A DNA stretch of 57,950 nt, filler included, from Sphacelaria rigidula (lineage: Eukaryota): the NCBI GenBank assembly GCA_964200075.2. It is 7 parts of 7 records of this genome, joined end to end, with 100 filler letters (N's around TTAATTAATTAA, not from the genome) between each part and the next. Parts side by side here need not be neighbours in the genome. Positions count along the whole stretch, not along the records: positions 33,174 to 41,366 come from CAXNAA020011964.1; positions 41,467 to 49,658 come from CAXNAA020011965.1; 5 more parts are not named here. One strand, given 5' to 3'. The position numbers and the translations under genes were made by a program. The notes under the pieces are model-generated. The model ran no database searches, was not told where the DNA came from, and saw only the letters and a program-made list of their open reading frames with translations. This document shows positions 37,401 to 49,524 of the stretch, piece by piece; position 1 is the first letter of the stretch, and each line of letters begins with the position of its first letter.

Positions 37401-40400
37401 TCGCACCCTTCAAGTCTTTCCCTCGAGCGAATGCTCGTCAAGACGAACAAAAACCGCATCGACTCAAAAGTCTGTTGTGATAACTCGAACACGCCGTAGT
37501 TCACATACAAGTGGAACGACGCCCAACGGCGGTGGTGGCCATGAACACCCGCTGCAAAACCTTACAAGGATGCTCGGCTTTCCTACGCGCGAAAACAGGT
37601 GATGTTCTCGCAGAAGTTTGCCAGTATCCGCCAAAGAGTAACGGTCCTCACCGACGAACGAGTGAAACTCACCAACCAGGCCGTAACGGGGGTGCGTGTG
37701 ATGAAGATAAACGCCTGGGAGCCTGCGCTGGAGAGGGAAATTCGAAGGTAATGCGCCGTGGCTTCATTTGATACACTGGAAAATCACCAACTGCAAGTGC
37801 TGCAGGGCACTGCCTCACACAGGAGCTGAATCGTAGACCACCACTTGCACGGGCTGCACTAAAACCTTTATGCGAGCATACGCGTCCAATGATCTCAAGG
37901 CTACAGGGACAGGGGCTCTGCATTCGGCGCGTGTGTTTCGCATATTCCCTTCCGTGACTTGCTTTTTCTCTGGCTTGGCTTTCGTAATTGCTCGATAGGG
38001 TTCGAGCGGAGGAGGTTCGGGTGCTGCTGAAGGCGACGTTGCTGCGTGCTATCAACGAGGCCTTGTTTTTCGTGCAACCGTCGGTCCTCGCCTTCCTCGT
38101 GTTTGGCACCTACCACCTTCTCGGCAACGTCCTCAGGCCCAGCGAGGTATGAAACGAGGAATAGCTGTACATATTCAAACATCAGTACACTCCCTTCGTC
38201 GCCGCAGTACGTTCTATAACGGTCGAGTCCAGCAATCAGTTGTATCAGATATGCCGATATAACAGCCGATCATCGAAATTGAGCATGGCGCTTTTCGTCG
38301 AGGATGAGAACCCAAATTGTTAATATCTTTGTAGCCACACCAAATCTTCGAAATAGGGTTCCATTCTTTCACCTACTGGTAGCTATTGACAACTGCTACA
38401 CGCCCTACACATTTGGAGTTCGATAACCGAAATGTTGGGGTGGCAGGTGAAAAAACAATTTGGGGGAATTTAGATGATCTGATCGGGTCGCCGGAATTCC
38501 CCGAAATTTGTTTTTCACCTAGGACCCCAGCATTCCGGTGATCGAAATCACAATTTGTACTACGTGTGGTACTTGCCAATAGCTACTAAGAGGTGAAGGA
38601 ATGGAACCATATATCGAAGACTTGGTGTGGATACGAAGGTTTCAACCCTCCGGGTTCTCATCCTCAATGAAATACTCCATCCTCAATTTCGATGATCGGC
38701 TGTTGTATGCCTCACGTTTGGAATCTTCGTACTCGTTCGTTCCTCCGTTCTCTCGGCATCACCACTTTTTTCTGCTTGTGGAACGTTCGTTATCTCGTCT
38801 CGATCCTTACAGGGCAAAATGGGCCCCCTTTTGTGCCAACAAAGTACTGAACACGTCCGGCACGCTGGGAAGAAACCCCAATCCGTGAGATTTGCGCTCT
38901 TTACCGCCCGTATGACAGGTTTTCACGACCCTCGGGTTGTTGAATATCACGCAGTTCACCATGGGCAAGTTCTTCTACATGGCCATTCAGAATGCGAGCG
39001 AGAGCTGGGTGTCCATCAAACGCCTGGAGACGCTCTTGCTCATGAAGGTAGCGTACTTTACGTGCGAAGTCGAGCACCATCTCACCTTGCTTACATCAAC
39101 CCCAAGCGTGGTGTGGGTGCGTAGTACTCTTGAGCGTTCTGTAATCAGTGCACTGCTCCGGCGTCGAGACATGTGGAAGCTGCACTGAAAGCCGGGTTGT
39201 CTTTGCATTTCCTCATTTCGCCCAATATTATTAGGAAAACAAATGCCTCATCGGACCCTTACGCGAGTTCGATGTTGCCGTGGGCTCTTCCTGTGTCGAG
39301 ACCTCCAGCCTCAAAAGCCGTGATATCGGTGTCGACGGTAGTTCCATCGGCGTGGCGGTAGCAGAAGATTCCACAGGATCCGAAATAGAGGTCCCTGCCG
39401 CCACTCGAAGTGTCGACCCCACTAGGTCATCCTCTACAAGCCACATGGCAACTGTCAACAGTAACGTCGCCAACTGCAGCAGTGGTAGCTGCAAGGCAGG
39501 TCTGATCTCTGTAAAATCGTCGAGTTTCCGGTGGGGCGAAGATGGCGAAGGTCAAGTCGCTGAGTTCAAGGGAACAACGCCCAGGAAGATCGCCGTGCCC
39601 GATAGCAGTAGAAGCACCAAGACTGCTATCTACAAAGATGCCAACACTGACGGAACTCAAGAGCGAGTGAATCGGGAGAGCAACGAGGCTAAGACTTCTT
39701 TAGAGGGGCAGAGTGGTGGCGTGGATACGGGAGGGGTCACGGTGGGGTCACCTGCTGTGGCTAGCGATCAGGATCGGCCGCATGAAGCAGGTGAGATCGA
39801 GGGACCGTGGAGCGCCGCGGAATGACAACGAATCTGAAAAGTTGAAAAAAATACTGTGGAGGTGCGCCCGCGCACCTGTCCCTTGCCGCTTTGGTAGCAG
39901 TATTAACTGAAAATGTGCGTTCAGCCCTGACGGTTGGTTGGCAAGAAAGTAGTCTTCACTACTGCGTCGGTGGATGACTTCAATATACAATGTGGGCAAA
40001 TGCACCCTTGCGCAGAGGAACTGTGCGCACCTGAGGACTCAGCCCATCAGTCTTGGCAAAAGGAACAGGTGATTGAGCAAAACAATGCACAAACGTAAAA
40101 TGGCGGGTTCCCATCAAAACGAAACGCACTGCCGCAAACTTGACAACGAGTTTGCCTCCTTTCTATCAGCAGACTTCGTCTTGGAAAGTATCGACCTCAC
40201 GGTGGAACCTGGGCAGCTCGTGGGTATCGTGGGACCCGTGGGCTCCGCCAAGAGCTCACTCCTCATGGCCTTGCTCAAAGAAATGGCCCCGGTGAAAGAT
40301 GGAGGAGAAGAAGAGGCGAAAATAAATGACAAGAGTGATGCAAGGGATGCAAGGAAAAGGGGGGTGTCTGTCGGTGGGAGGGTGGCTTATGCACCGCAAG

Positions 40401-40467
40401 AGCCTTGGATTCAGTCCGGCACCGTTCGAGATAACATCTTGTTTGGGAAGCCCATGGACCGCATACG
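34434..40467 (+). CDS. ABCC: ABC transporter C family (MRP-like), 5' half: L0/TMD1 and start of NBD1; partial
   Basis: Exons ~34434-34504 (5' boundary uncertain), 35064-35241, 36157-36263, 36631-36751 (LGMEVRIMTTTIIYDKILRL), 36955-37143 (TTGHLVNVATSDVERF), 37599-37747 (TDERVKLTNQAVTGVRVMKINAWE), 37999-38146, 38919-39047 (VSIKRLETLL), 39235-39790 and 40170/40173-40467 (GPVGSAKSS, YAPQEPWIQSGTVRDNILFG). All join in frame. The remainder lies beyond the contig end. Confidence 0.93.
38260..38705. mobile_element. Fully palindromic ~446-bp MITE with TA TSD in an ABCC intron
   Basis: TA|taacagccgatcatcgaaattgag ... ctcaatttcgatgatcggctgttg|TA. Inverted symmetry continues to the centre at ~38482. Confidence 0.9.
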
Positions 40468-41589
40468 GTGAGTGCGATACAGTACGCACAAAGCTGACGA
40501 ATCAAAACCCGCTGTCTGTGCTTTTCGGGCACACGGCTTCTAAACGTCGTCGGCCGTTGATTACCGAATTCAGGGAGCCGATAGATATTAGTACACCACA
40601 CAGATTTCCAAAGTGAAAATGCTCCCATTTTCGATTTTTGAGAGAAGTACAGCTTGCCGCTTATCGAGGATCCTGCTTCATCTCTTCACCCCGACTCAAG
40701 ATGACCGCGTCTTTGCCGCTGTAGACTCGATCAATCGACAATATGGAGGACGCGGAAATCTGGTGAGGAGAAAAACACGTAGGACCCCCCAACAACTGTT
40801 CAGCCCGTAACTCGTTCAAAATTGACCGTGGGCATGGTAGTATTTCTGGCGTTTCGTAATGTACCAGTACTTGTCGCTGCCGTATTTCGAGGTTGGGCGT
40901 AAAATCTGAAAATTCCATTGTCCGAAAATCAGAAGAAAAGAAACGGATCTTGGTACGTTTGCTCTTTGGGTACTGTCATGTGTAAGCAGTACTGGTATTT
41001 AGTCCAATATAGTGTTGCCCACTGGCGTGGGTACATGTGTTTGTACTATGTTTCTTCCATTGAAGCATGTTGCCGGATTCACTGCGCGACCAAAGGTTGG
41101 AGGTCACGAGACCTACCCGAGCATTCTCCGGGCTGTTCGCAACCCGTTCGTGAAGCATCACACAAGCCCTTGGTGCGAGGGTTGTCGGCTCTATGAAACT
41201 CGTACCCGTGGAGTCTCCCGCACTTTACAATAGATCGCATTGGTCAAGTCCTCCCGACGAGTCTTGGCCTTACCTGAGACCTGTGGGTGGGGGGGGGGGG
41301 GGGGGGGTCGTCTTTTTTCTTGGGGGGGGGGGGGTTGTTGTTTTGTTTGTTGTTTTCTTTGTTTTTNNNNNNNNNNNNNNNNNNNNNNNNNNNNNNNNNN
41401 NNNNNNNNNNTTAATTAATTAANNNNNNNNNNNNNNNNNNNNNNNNNNNNNNNNNNNNNNNNNNNNCCCCCCCCCCCAGCCTTTTGTCTTATCACGATGA
41501 AGAGTGCAGCAGTTCTGTCATTTGCCAGTGAAGACTATTCACCCAACTGACACCTTACCGTGTTGCTTGATGCTGCTTGCTGTCTGCAG

Positions 41590-42532
41590 GTAGATCAGGA
41601 GCAATTCGTTGTCTTCGACAATCGTGCAACTCCTGTGGTACCTGGTGATTCAGGTGAAAATGAAGGCACCTAACATTCTCGCCGTCCCCTCATTTTCCGC
41701 GCACTTTTTTGCCAGATCATGATTTCAAAAGAAATAATTATTCCCGTAGCGCTTACCGAAAACTTGCAGCTCGACCAAGGTGCTTCGCGCATTCCTCGTG
41801 CTGTTGTTTGTCTCTGATCACACTCGTCTTGTTAGCCTCCAAAGTCGACGAGCCTGTTGCAGATCCGCTAGGGCTTAAGGAGGTCGACCTGCGGATATAC
41901 CAAAAGACGCTCGTAGAGGACGACTCTTCGGCGGTTGTGGTGAGTGTACTGTAGGATTGCTACGTCGTCGTGTTTTTTCAGAATTTCGTACATGGCGTAC
42001 ACGCACACACGGAAACATCAACCAAGAAACGTTTGGTAATCTTGGATTGCAGGAGGTAGATGGTGGAGATCGAGAGGCCTTTGGTACATTACAGGCCAAG
42101 AAGCGCGCCCTTCTTGGCCAAAAGGACCGATTGAAATTGCTCAAGAAGATGCAAAGCGGGAAGGAGCGCGTGCAACGTAAGATGGACAGAGGCCGGAGTA
42201 GCGGCACAATGGATAGCTCTGGTGATGAAGACGTGTCCAAAACTGAGGCCAAGCCATCCGCCACGGAAATCAGGTGGAGCCACATGAGCACTTGTGTATA
42301 GCGTCTGAAAGAGAACCATGTTTGCACCCGATTCACTCAGAAGCAGGCATCTTGCTGAACCGATGGCTTCTCGTCCTGTGTTGTCCTTTTTCTTTTCCAT
42401 CGCAGTCGCTCGGTTGTACCGACTACTGAGAGCTTCGACCCGGCTCTCTTCATGACGGTGGTACATGCTACTGCTTCCTTCAACGATATTCGTAATGGGC
42501 TTGGGAGTCTTGAAGGTGCCAAGGCCAACCAG
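41590..42532 (+). CDS. SEC5: Exocyst complex component 2 (Sec5), internal N-terminal exons; partial
   Basis: Exons 41590-41653, 41836-41939 (VADPLGLKEVDL), 42053-42273 and 42406-42532 (SVVPTTESFDPALFMTVVHATASFNDIRNGLGSL) join in frame. DPLGL and S..FDP..F+..+H...S..D+..GL..L are Sec5/EXOC2 motifs. Confidence 0.8.
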
Positions 42533-42726
42533 GTACACTTCGTTTTCATTCTTTGAGTAGGAAGATGGAGTGAGATTAATATTTTAAGGGAAGCCCGGGT
42601 AGGGTATACCCAATACTCGGTACTGTTGGAAAGTCATACTATTACGACCCCACAATTTGGGTAGAGTACTGAAATCGTATTCAAACTGCCCAAAATTTTG
42701 GTAGAGTATTTGAGGCCGCACTCAAT

Positions 42727-42972
42727 GGCCCCTGTGGCTCAGGTGGTAGCTTCGAAACCTTCTGACCGCTCGGTCGTGGATTCGAATCTCGGTGCATTCA
42801 TACGATCTGGGATTTTTCTCACACAACGCTCAAAAGTGGAGAGCGACCACGTCGTGGGCACACAAAGTTCGACATTTGTTTGGACCCATCTCGTGAGAAA
42901 TTAACGAATTCGATCGAATCGATTTCACCGCACTTTTTTACGATCGAAAAATGATGTGCTGAGACACGACCT
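42727..42972 (+). mobile_element. tRNA-derived SINE
   Basis: A-box TGGCTCAGGTGG and B-box GATTCGAATC, then ctgggatttttctcacac. Homologous to the 25051 copy. Confidence 0.7.
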
Positions 42973-43025
42973 TATCCAATATTTGGGTAGAGTATCGAAA
43001 TCGCATCCAAACTACCCAAAGTTTG

Positions 43026-44126
43026 GAGGGCTATGAACTGGCAGCTCTGGCCAATTAAGTTTGAACTGGCCGCTGGCGCGGCCAGTACATCGATGTTTTC
43101 CCAGTTAATCGGCGAAACCAAAAATTGCGGTATCTTGCTTATTGTCCCTTCAAAAATTTGGATTGTGGTGAAAAAATGTGACCCCTCACATTGAGGCGCT
43201 ACGAGGCTTGGATGATATTAAACTCCCGTCCAAAGCGGTGATTGATTCAAAAATCATGAATCTGTAGCATGCAGCAGCAGAGACTCTCCGTGAGGAGTGG
43301 AGGATGGGAACAAGGGAGCCGAGGCTGGCAGCACTTGGGAAAAAAAACTCGAAAAAGTTCACGTCCGGGCCGAAAAACACGTAAGCATGTAGTTGAAGAG
43401 CAAGTTTGTGGTCGCGGGTTACCGTTTGTTATCATTTCAGTTTTCGGATGTTATGCAATTAAACGGCAATAAAGCTTGGCATAAATCCGCTATATCACTG
43501 CATCATGTTCGAAACGCTCACGCAATAGGCAATTGGCAATTGGGGTTTGGCGTTTGGCAGTTCCGCATCAAGCGTGCCGTCGTATATAAGTCACAGCTCC
43601 TTTTTCTTATTTTTCCTCATTTGACGGACCAGCCGTCGACCTACAAGCTACGGCCGAAAAAACGGAAAACTGCAAAACTACGAGGTACCAACGAAACAGG
43701 AGGACAAGAAAAAGCAGAAAACACTTGAAGTAGTCAGCTAGTGACTGGACCAGGGCAAACCTGTTCTTCATGGGCTGTGGGCTGTGGTACTACCACAGAG
43801 CACCAGACCTATGCTGTACAAGTCGACCGAAACACGAAAGACGAAGTATGATGCTGCGCACCGCTGCTTCACGCGTCATCGACGCAAACAATTTCCGTCG
43901 ACGCCTTCGAAGCGCCCTCCGTCTCAATTGATACCCCATATTCCTCTAAAACTGTACAGTCAATTTGTATATAATCGTCTAAGCATCTCTGTTATAAACT
44001 CACCATACTGAAATTGGTTTAAAAATAGCAGGTAACGGCAAACCTAAGATAAACTGGATAAACTGGCGCCATCGTCGCCAGTTCCAGTTTAATCGACAGT
44101 ATAAACTGGTCCAGTTCACAGCCCTG
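43026..44126. mobile_element. Non-autonomous TIR element (~1.1 kb, hAT-like CAGGG ends)
   Basis: gagggctatgaactgg vs ccagttcacagccctg (16-bp TIR, 2 mismatches). Repeated subterminal aactgg/ccagtt motifs at both ends; degenerate 8-9-bp flank duplication. Confidence 0.7.
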
Positions 44127-45519
44127 AAAACATTGAGTAGAGTATTTTAGATCGTATCCAACATGCCCAATTTTTGGGTAGAGTATTGAGGTCATACCTA
44201 AGTGACACTCTTTGTTATCATCATTCTTATTATTATCCTATTTATTATTAGCGTATAGTCGCTCCGCTGTATACTACAATCTAATCGGTGGTGTCCGGTT
44301 TTCCCATACTTTATCCAAGTCAACAATGATCCTGATCAGAACAATATTTTCACAGACGTTCTTCTCGTGTCCAACGCCCACTTCCCGTGCGTGCTCTTCC
44401 TTTCACATCCTTTCAGATACGGAAATATATAGAAGCACCCACCCAAATATATAGCACCACCTTCTCATCGCCACACGGTAAAACACCCACCCCCACGACT
44501 CTCTTCCGGGATTCTCTTTTGGGGAGGGGGGCAACGGGCGGTAAAGTAGAAAAAACGAACCCGTGCCCTGCGAAAAATAGGACTGCTTCGTCACTGTTGT
44601 ACGCAAGCTCTTCATGTGTGAGGACTTGCCAGAGAAACGAACTGCTACACTGCATATGCGAGACCGCAGACAATTCATGACCTGCACAAGAAAGATGGTT
44701 ATTTGTAGAGTCCAACACGGTACAACACACAGGACACCCACGCCCACGATTCTCTTCAGGGGAAAAGCAGAAATAATAAACCCCCTTTTCGCTTGGGGGT
44801 AGGGCAAGCCCGTGCCATGGAAACCACCGCCATATACCAGTTTGTTACAGTATAGTCGTGCAGAGTGATCATGTTTACTGTTGCATCTAAGCGATATACG
44901 AACAGAAACATGAGGTCGTTTACCGGTTTTTCTGCACACATACCCCTGAGCGGAAGAACGTATCCACCACCACTCTAAACGAATTTTCGTCAAACGAAGG
45001 CTGCTCTGTGTACATTATAGCAAGGGTACCGCAAATGCGTATATATTGTCAAGAAAATACAACCTAGTGCACGTATCTGTGCCTGTTTTTTCGGAGAGTT
45101 CAAGTACCCACGTGAACGGCAGACGGTTTTATTGTACTATACAAAAGTTGTAGCACCACAGTATGTACATTGTAATAGCTCCCTTGCGGGATTGGATGAT
45201 CACTGGTGGTACCGTAGTTCAGCTAGAGCACTGAAGGAGGAGAGTATCCACAGTACCTCTACTATCTGTATGTACAGACAGTTCACTAGCGGACGCACCG
45301 TCGCTATTGTGGAAGCAGCACGCTGCTGATTGCCACCCGTGTCGGGGTCGAAAGATACCAAGGTAGCCGAACAGCTGCTTGCTCAAAAAAACAACACCCA
45401 GATAGATGAAGCTAGCATGGCATCGTCATGCAACCCCATCTTTTCCCACATGTCGAAGGGCTCACAAACTAGGGGGTTATGTGACGCATGGATACGAGTA
45501 TGTACTTTCTAACACCGCA

Positions 45520-46040
45520 CATGATGATGTATTGGGGACAATGCTGTGCGGAGGTGTTGACAGCCCACAAGCACGTGCGATACGTTCACCGGCGGTCTTC
45601 ATGCTACATTGCTGCAGCTGTTTTTGCCGCTAGCTCGTGGTGACCCGTGTCTGCATGTGTGAGCTGGTGCTTCAGCACAAACAGGATCACGCCCTCTCTT
45701 ACATGCTGTTGAGCCATGTACATGTACTTTCGAACACTACTGAAAAATCAAGGCATTTGTTGTTGTTGTTGTTGTTGTCTTCACATTAATCAAACATTTG
45801 CAAATAAATATCTCTGTACGGGTACCACCGTTGTGTCTACCGCACTGTACCATGATAGTGTAGTGGGAACAAATTTGTGCGGAGGTGTTGGCAGCCCACA
45901 AGCGTGTGCGATACTTTCACCGGCGCTCTTCATGCTACATTGCTGCTGCTGTTTTTGCTGCTAGGTCGTGGTGATCCGTGTCTGCATGTGTGAGCTGGTG
46001 CTTCAGCACAAACATGACCACGCCCTCTCACATGCTGTTA
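45520..46040 (+). repeat. ~190-bp diverged direct repeat
   Basis: ~45520-45711 and ~45852-46039 share tgtgcggaggtgttg.cagcccacaagc...gagctggtgcttcagcacaaaca...acatgctgtt. They are separated by a (TTG)n retroposon tail at ~45756-45800. Confidence 0.9.
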
Positions 46041-46420
46041 AAAGCTGTCACTGAGTTATGGTGTGTTTAGACCTTACCAAGACGGTTTGGCTTCCGCTGG
46101 AACTGCCTGAGCTACCGACGCGCTGTTGTGTTCGTCGCTGTAGAACATAATTATGTCAGGAGGCACGCAATGCTGTCTACACGCTGTTGAAAACTTCATG
46201 GTGTGTTGGCTGCTTCATATTCCGTACAACAAACGAGGCGTTGCCGACACCCATCATTTCTATGTTGTTGTAGTTGCGCTGCCGCTGTGCTGTTGAACGT
46301 TTGACCCCTCTTCAAACATAGCTGGATCTGCGCTGGAGAGTGCATCAACAGCTGTACTGCTGTCGTGCTCCGGTCTGTACAGTGGAGTGGGCGGACTAAT
46401 TGTTGTCTACATACATTTGA

Positions 46421-46534
46421 AAAAAGATCCTGTGTTGATCCTCCTCTGGTGTAACCCTGGCTGGTGCGCCCACATATACAAAAAGGTGCAGACCGGCGTC
46501 CAGAATAGATGGGACGACAACACACACACACACA
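46421..46534 (+). mobile_element. Short retroposon with (CA)n tail, copy 3 (5' truncated)
   Basis: Reverse complement of the 1437/32111 family; ends gggacgacaa(ca)n. Confidence 0.75.
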
Positions 46535-47083
46535 TTTGAAGAAATGACGTGGTGGCTGTGCCGGTGTTCGCTGTGTCTCCTTCGGCACTTGACCTCTGAA
46601 CTGCGAGGGTAGGTCACCCGCTGTATCGGCATCAATTTCACTTCAAAAAGTATGGGTGATCCACATGAACTACCCGCACCGCGGTCTAATATGGGCTAAC
46701 TTCTGAGTGTTTTATGGGCCAGTCACACGTTCAGATGGCGTGGTGGGTAGTCCATCGGGATCATGCATATACTTTTTCAAGTGAAACTGATGCCATGTTA
46801 ACAGATGACCTACTCTCGCCGTCAAAGGCGGGTGCTGTGATCGAGTACAGTAAGACAGACAAGTCGGGTGCGTGCAAGTTGGGGCAAACAAACTGGGCCA
46901 GCACTGACAGCTGTATCCTCAGCGATTGGCAGTTGTTAATGGTCGCAGCTGTGTGTCTCGCAGCGGCGGAACATGTGGGTCAATTAACAAACAACAGCAA
47001 ACTGATTCTATAATTAAATCGGTATTAGTAATCAAATAAACTTTTTGAATAAAATATCAACCCGTAGGCGCTTCTTATACGAG

Positions 47084-47465
47084 TAGTCGGAAAACGAATT
47101 ATCTGATAACTGCTCTTTTCTTGAACCTTTCATCACGGGCTTTTGGCGGAATATGGGCCTTGGTGGATTAGCCCTCCTCCGGCGGATTTGCTATGCTTTC
47201 CAAGAGGATTCTACGGCACATTCCCGATTTTTCGTCGCCCACTTTACCTTTGACCGGATTCCCGATTTTTTCAGTCGCCCCAAAAATCGGGATCTGGCCG
47301 AACATAAAAACTGTGCAACGAAAAATCGGGAAAGTGCGCTAGAATCTTCTTGGGAAGCATAGCAAATCTGCAGAGAAGGCCCAATCCGCCAGCGCCTTAT
47401 TTCGCCGAAAATCCGCGATGAGAGGCTCAAAAAGGGCATTTCTCAGAGCGTCAGTTTTCTGACTG
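47084..47465. mobile_element. Fully palindromic ~380-bp MITE-like hairpin
   Basis: tagtcggaaaac / gttttctgactg outer ends. Inner arms gatttgctatgctttccaagaggattcta / tagaatcttcttgggaagcatagcaaatc and tcccgattttt / aaaaatcggga. ORFs 47153(+) and 47191(-) give similar peptides. Confidence 0.85.
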
Positions 47466-47633
47466 GATAGGAAGTGCAGCCTTATATCGTTAATAGTTGG
47501 CGAACAACCCTAATCTGGACAAAGACGCTTTTCGAAAACACTGTAAACTGGTCGTTGTTGGGGCAATCAATTTCCAAAAGTGACTATTCAACAAGTGATC
47601 ATCACTTTCGACGTGTCTTCGCAAACCTACGGC

Positions 47634-47733
47634 TGTTGTCGTTGTTGTTGTTGTTCTCACGTGGAATCCGTTACGATATATGCCCAGTAATAATTTCTAC
47701 TGGGCATTTGATGTGGACGCCTTCCGTGGTCAC
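47634..47733 (-). mobile_element. Short retroposon with (CAA)n tail, copy 3
   Basis: Reverse complement tgtgaccacggaaggcgtccacatcaaatgcccagt...gtgagaacaacaacaac. Confidence 0.7.
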
Positions 47734-47911
47734 ATTAACAACCCAAATTAAGGTATGAGGGAATATATATATATACAATGGGTTCGGCGGCTTCCGCCGC
47801 CACGCTGAATGAGATCGACAGCCAAGGTACATGAGAACCGGTCATCGTTGCTCGCATTGCGTAACGGCACAGGTCATAGTTTTAAGTGGAATATTTTCCG
47901 CTGTGTGCGTA

Positions 47912-48957
47912 CGAGCTGGGCCAGCCTAGAAACGGAATTAGGCTCTCAAAGCAATATGTCATCGACTAAAATTCATATGAAACCCCAATCGATGCAATCA
48001 GCGGATGGCAACGATTTTCAGTCTGGACATTCCCTGGAGCACTGAGAGACGATAGATATCCTCACGTTCACCGATTTCGTCATCTATCTCGAGATATGGC
48101 GCACATAAGGCTCCATACTAAAATCGATATATTACGAGCAGAGGCACTACATGATGCTATAAATCTGGATATCGCGTCTCAGTTTTCGAAAGTTGTGCTA
48201 TGAAAATTCACATGGAGAGCCGCTAGTGCATAATAGAGCTAAAAAAACAGCTCTTTCATTTATTTATTTATTTATTCATTTATTTCGGCGTTTTAAGCCA
48301 GTAGGAGAAATGAACACTGCTCTCCGGCCTTATCTCAATTTTTTAGCTCAATTTTTAAAATTGTGATGTGAAACTTAGCATGAAGGACCGCAGCGGTATG
48401 CTAAGTGAATAAAATGGGCCTCCATTTTTATTTGGAAGGAGAGGTTCGGACGTTCTCGTAAAAAGATGGCCGTTCCCACACTTAACCGCCCTACTAAACA
48501 AGTGAAAAATAAATAAATACCAACCTGACCCATTTTTTTGGTTCATTATCCCCTAGCGAGGTCCCACACGAAGTTTCAATACACAAACACCAAACATGGG
48601 CCGGTAAGTGGCCTGCAAAATAGTGTTCCGAATTTCCACCGACCCCGATACTAAATCGCTGATTCGCCGACCAATATTTTGAGTTGGCCCCTGAAATTTG
48701 GTATGAACAATGCACAGGGCACATAAAAAAATTACGCATGTATCCCAAGATTTTTTCTTCTAATGAATTAAGGGCAATAATCAGTTTTCAGGTAACGGTA
48801 AAATGTCCTCAACTCATGAAAAAAAAAAAAGGGTATATCGTATTTTTTTTATTGTGCCCGGTTCATTGTCCGTACCAAATTTCAGGGTCCAACTCAAAAT
48901 ATTGGCCGACGAATGGGCGTGCAAACTACAAATCCGCCTTTAGGCTGGCGCAGCTGG
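47912..48957. mobile_element. Complete TA-flanked hairpin-family element (1046 bp) with short internal hairpin
   Basis: TA|cgagctgggccagcctag ... taggctggcgcagctgg|TA. Loop gggcaataatcagttttcaggt at ~48772 with ~110-bp arms. Confidence 0.88.
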
Positions 48958-49311
48958 TATGGTGACAGATGTCCCGGGAGCAGGATATGAAGAAGAGGTT
49001 TATTGATGTATAATCGTACCTGCAGGAACGGGTAAACGACAACCTCCATCGTCGAAGAAGACACACGGAGACACGCATTCACGTTCTCCACACACAGCAA
49101 CGAATAGGAAACATCGTATCCCGTCGACGAACACACACCCGGGGGCACTCGTATCATTGGACAAAATATTCTCGCGTCGAAATCACCCGAGGACACAAAG
49201 ACTTGTGACGGACACACGCCAGTGTTCGCAACCATGAGTCCAGCACTATATTGCACCGCAAAAACGCCCGTAACCGCAGTGACTATCGACATTTTCAATC
49301 CCACATCACAA

Positions 49312-49524
49312 TAGAGGTATCTCAAACTCGGCTCCTGGTATCCTGGTTTATTCGCTGACTCTGAGCTGTGTACTATTTTTTCAAGTGAAAGTGATCGCGA
49401 TTCATGGGAGGACCTGACCTGGCGGTCAAAGGGTCACATCATCTGATGAATCGGTATCACTTTCACCTGAGAAAATAGAACAAAACAAACCAGGATACCG
49501 GGAGGCGAGTTTGAGATACCTCTA
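49312..49524. mobile_element. Palindromic MITE (TIR GAGGTATCTCAAACTCG, TA-flanked), copy 2
   Basis: Perfect 19-bp inverted ends tagaggtatctcaaactcg / cgagtttgagatacctcta. Homologous to 897-1108. Confidence 0.9.

Larger units (their letters stand above)
42647..44200 (+). repeat. ~42-bp minisatellite (cccaaaatttgggtagagtat.gaaatcgtatccaaact) split by two insertions
   Basis: Units at ~42647-42720, 42976-43025 and 44127-44200. Confidence 0.75.

Noticed and set aside
40468..42532. Continuation of the ABCC gene into the exons after 41467
   Set aside because: Different contig; those exons encode Sec5 motifs, not NBD1 signature or Walker B.
46800..46900. PARP-zinc-finger-like IEYSKTDKSGACK or next Sec5 exon
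   Set aside because: Remaining zinc ligands are absent, there is no Sec5 similarity and no convincing in-phase splice sites.
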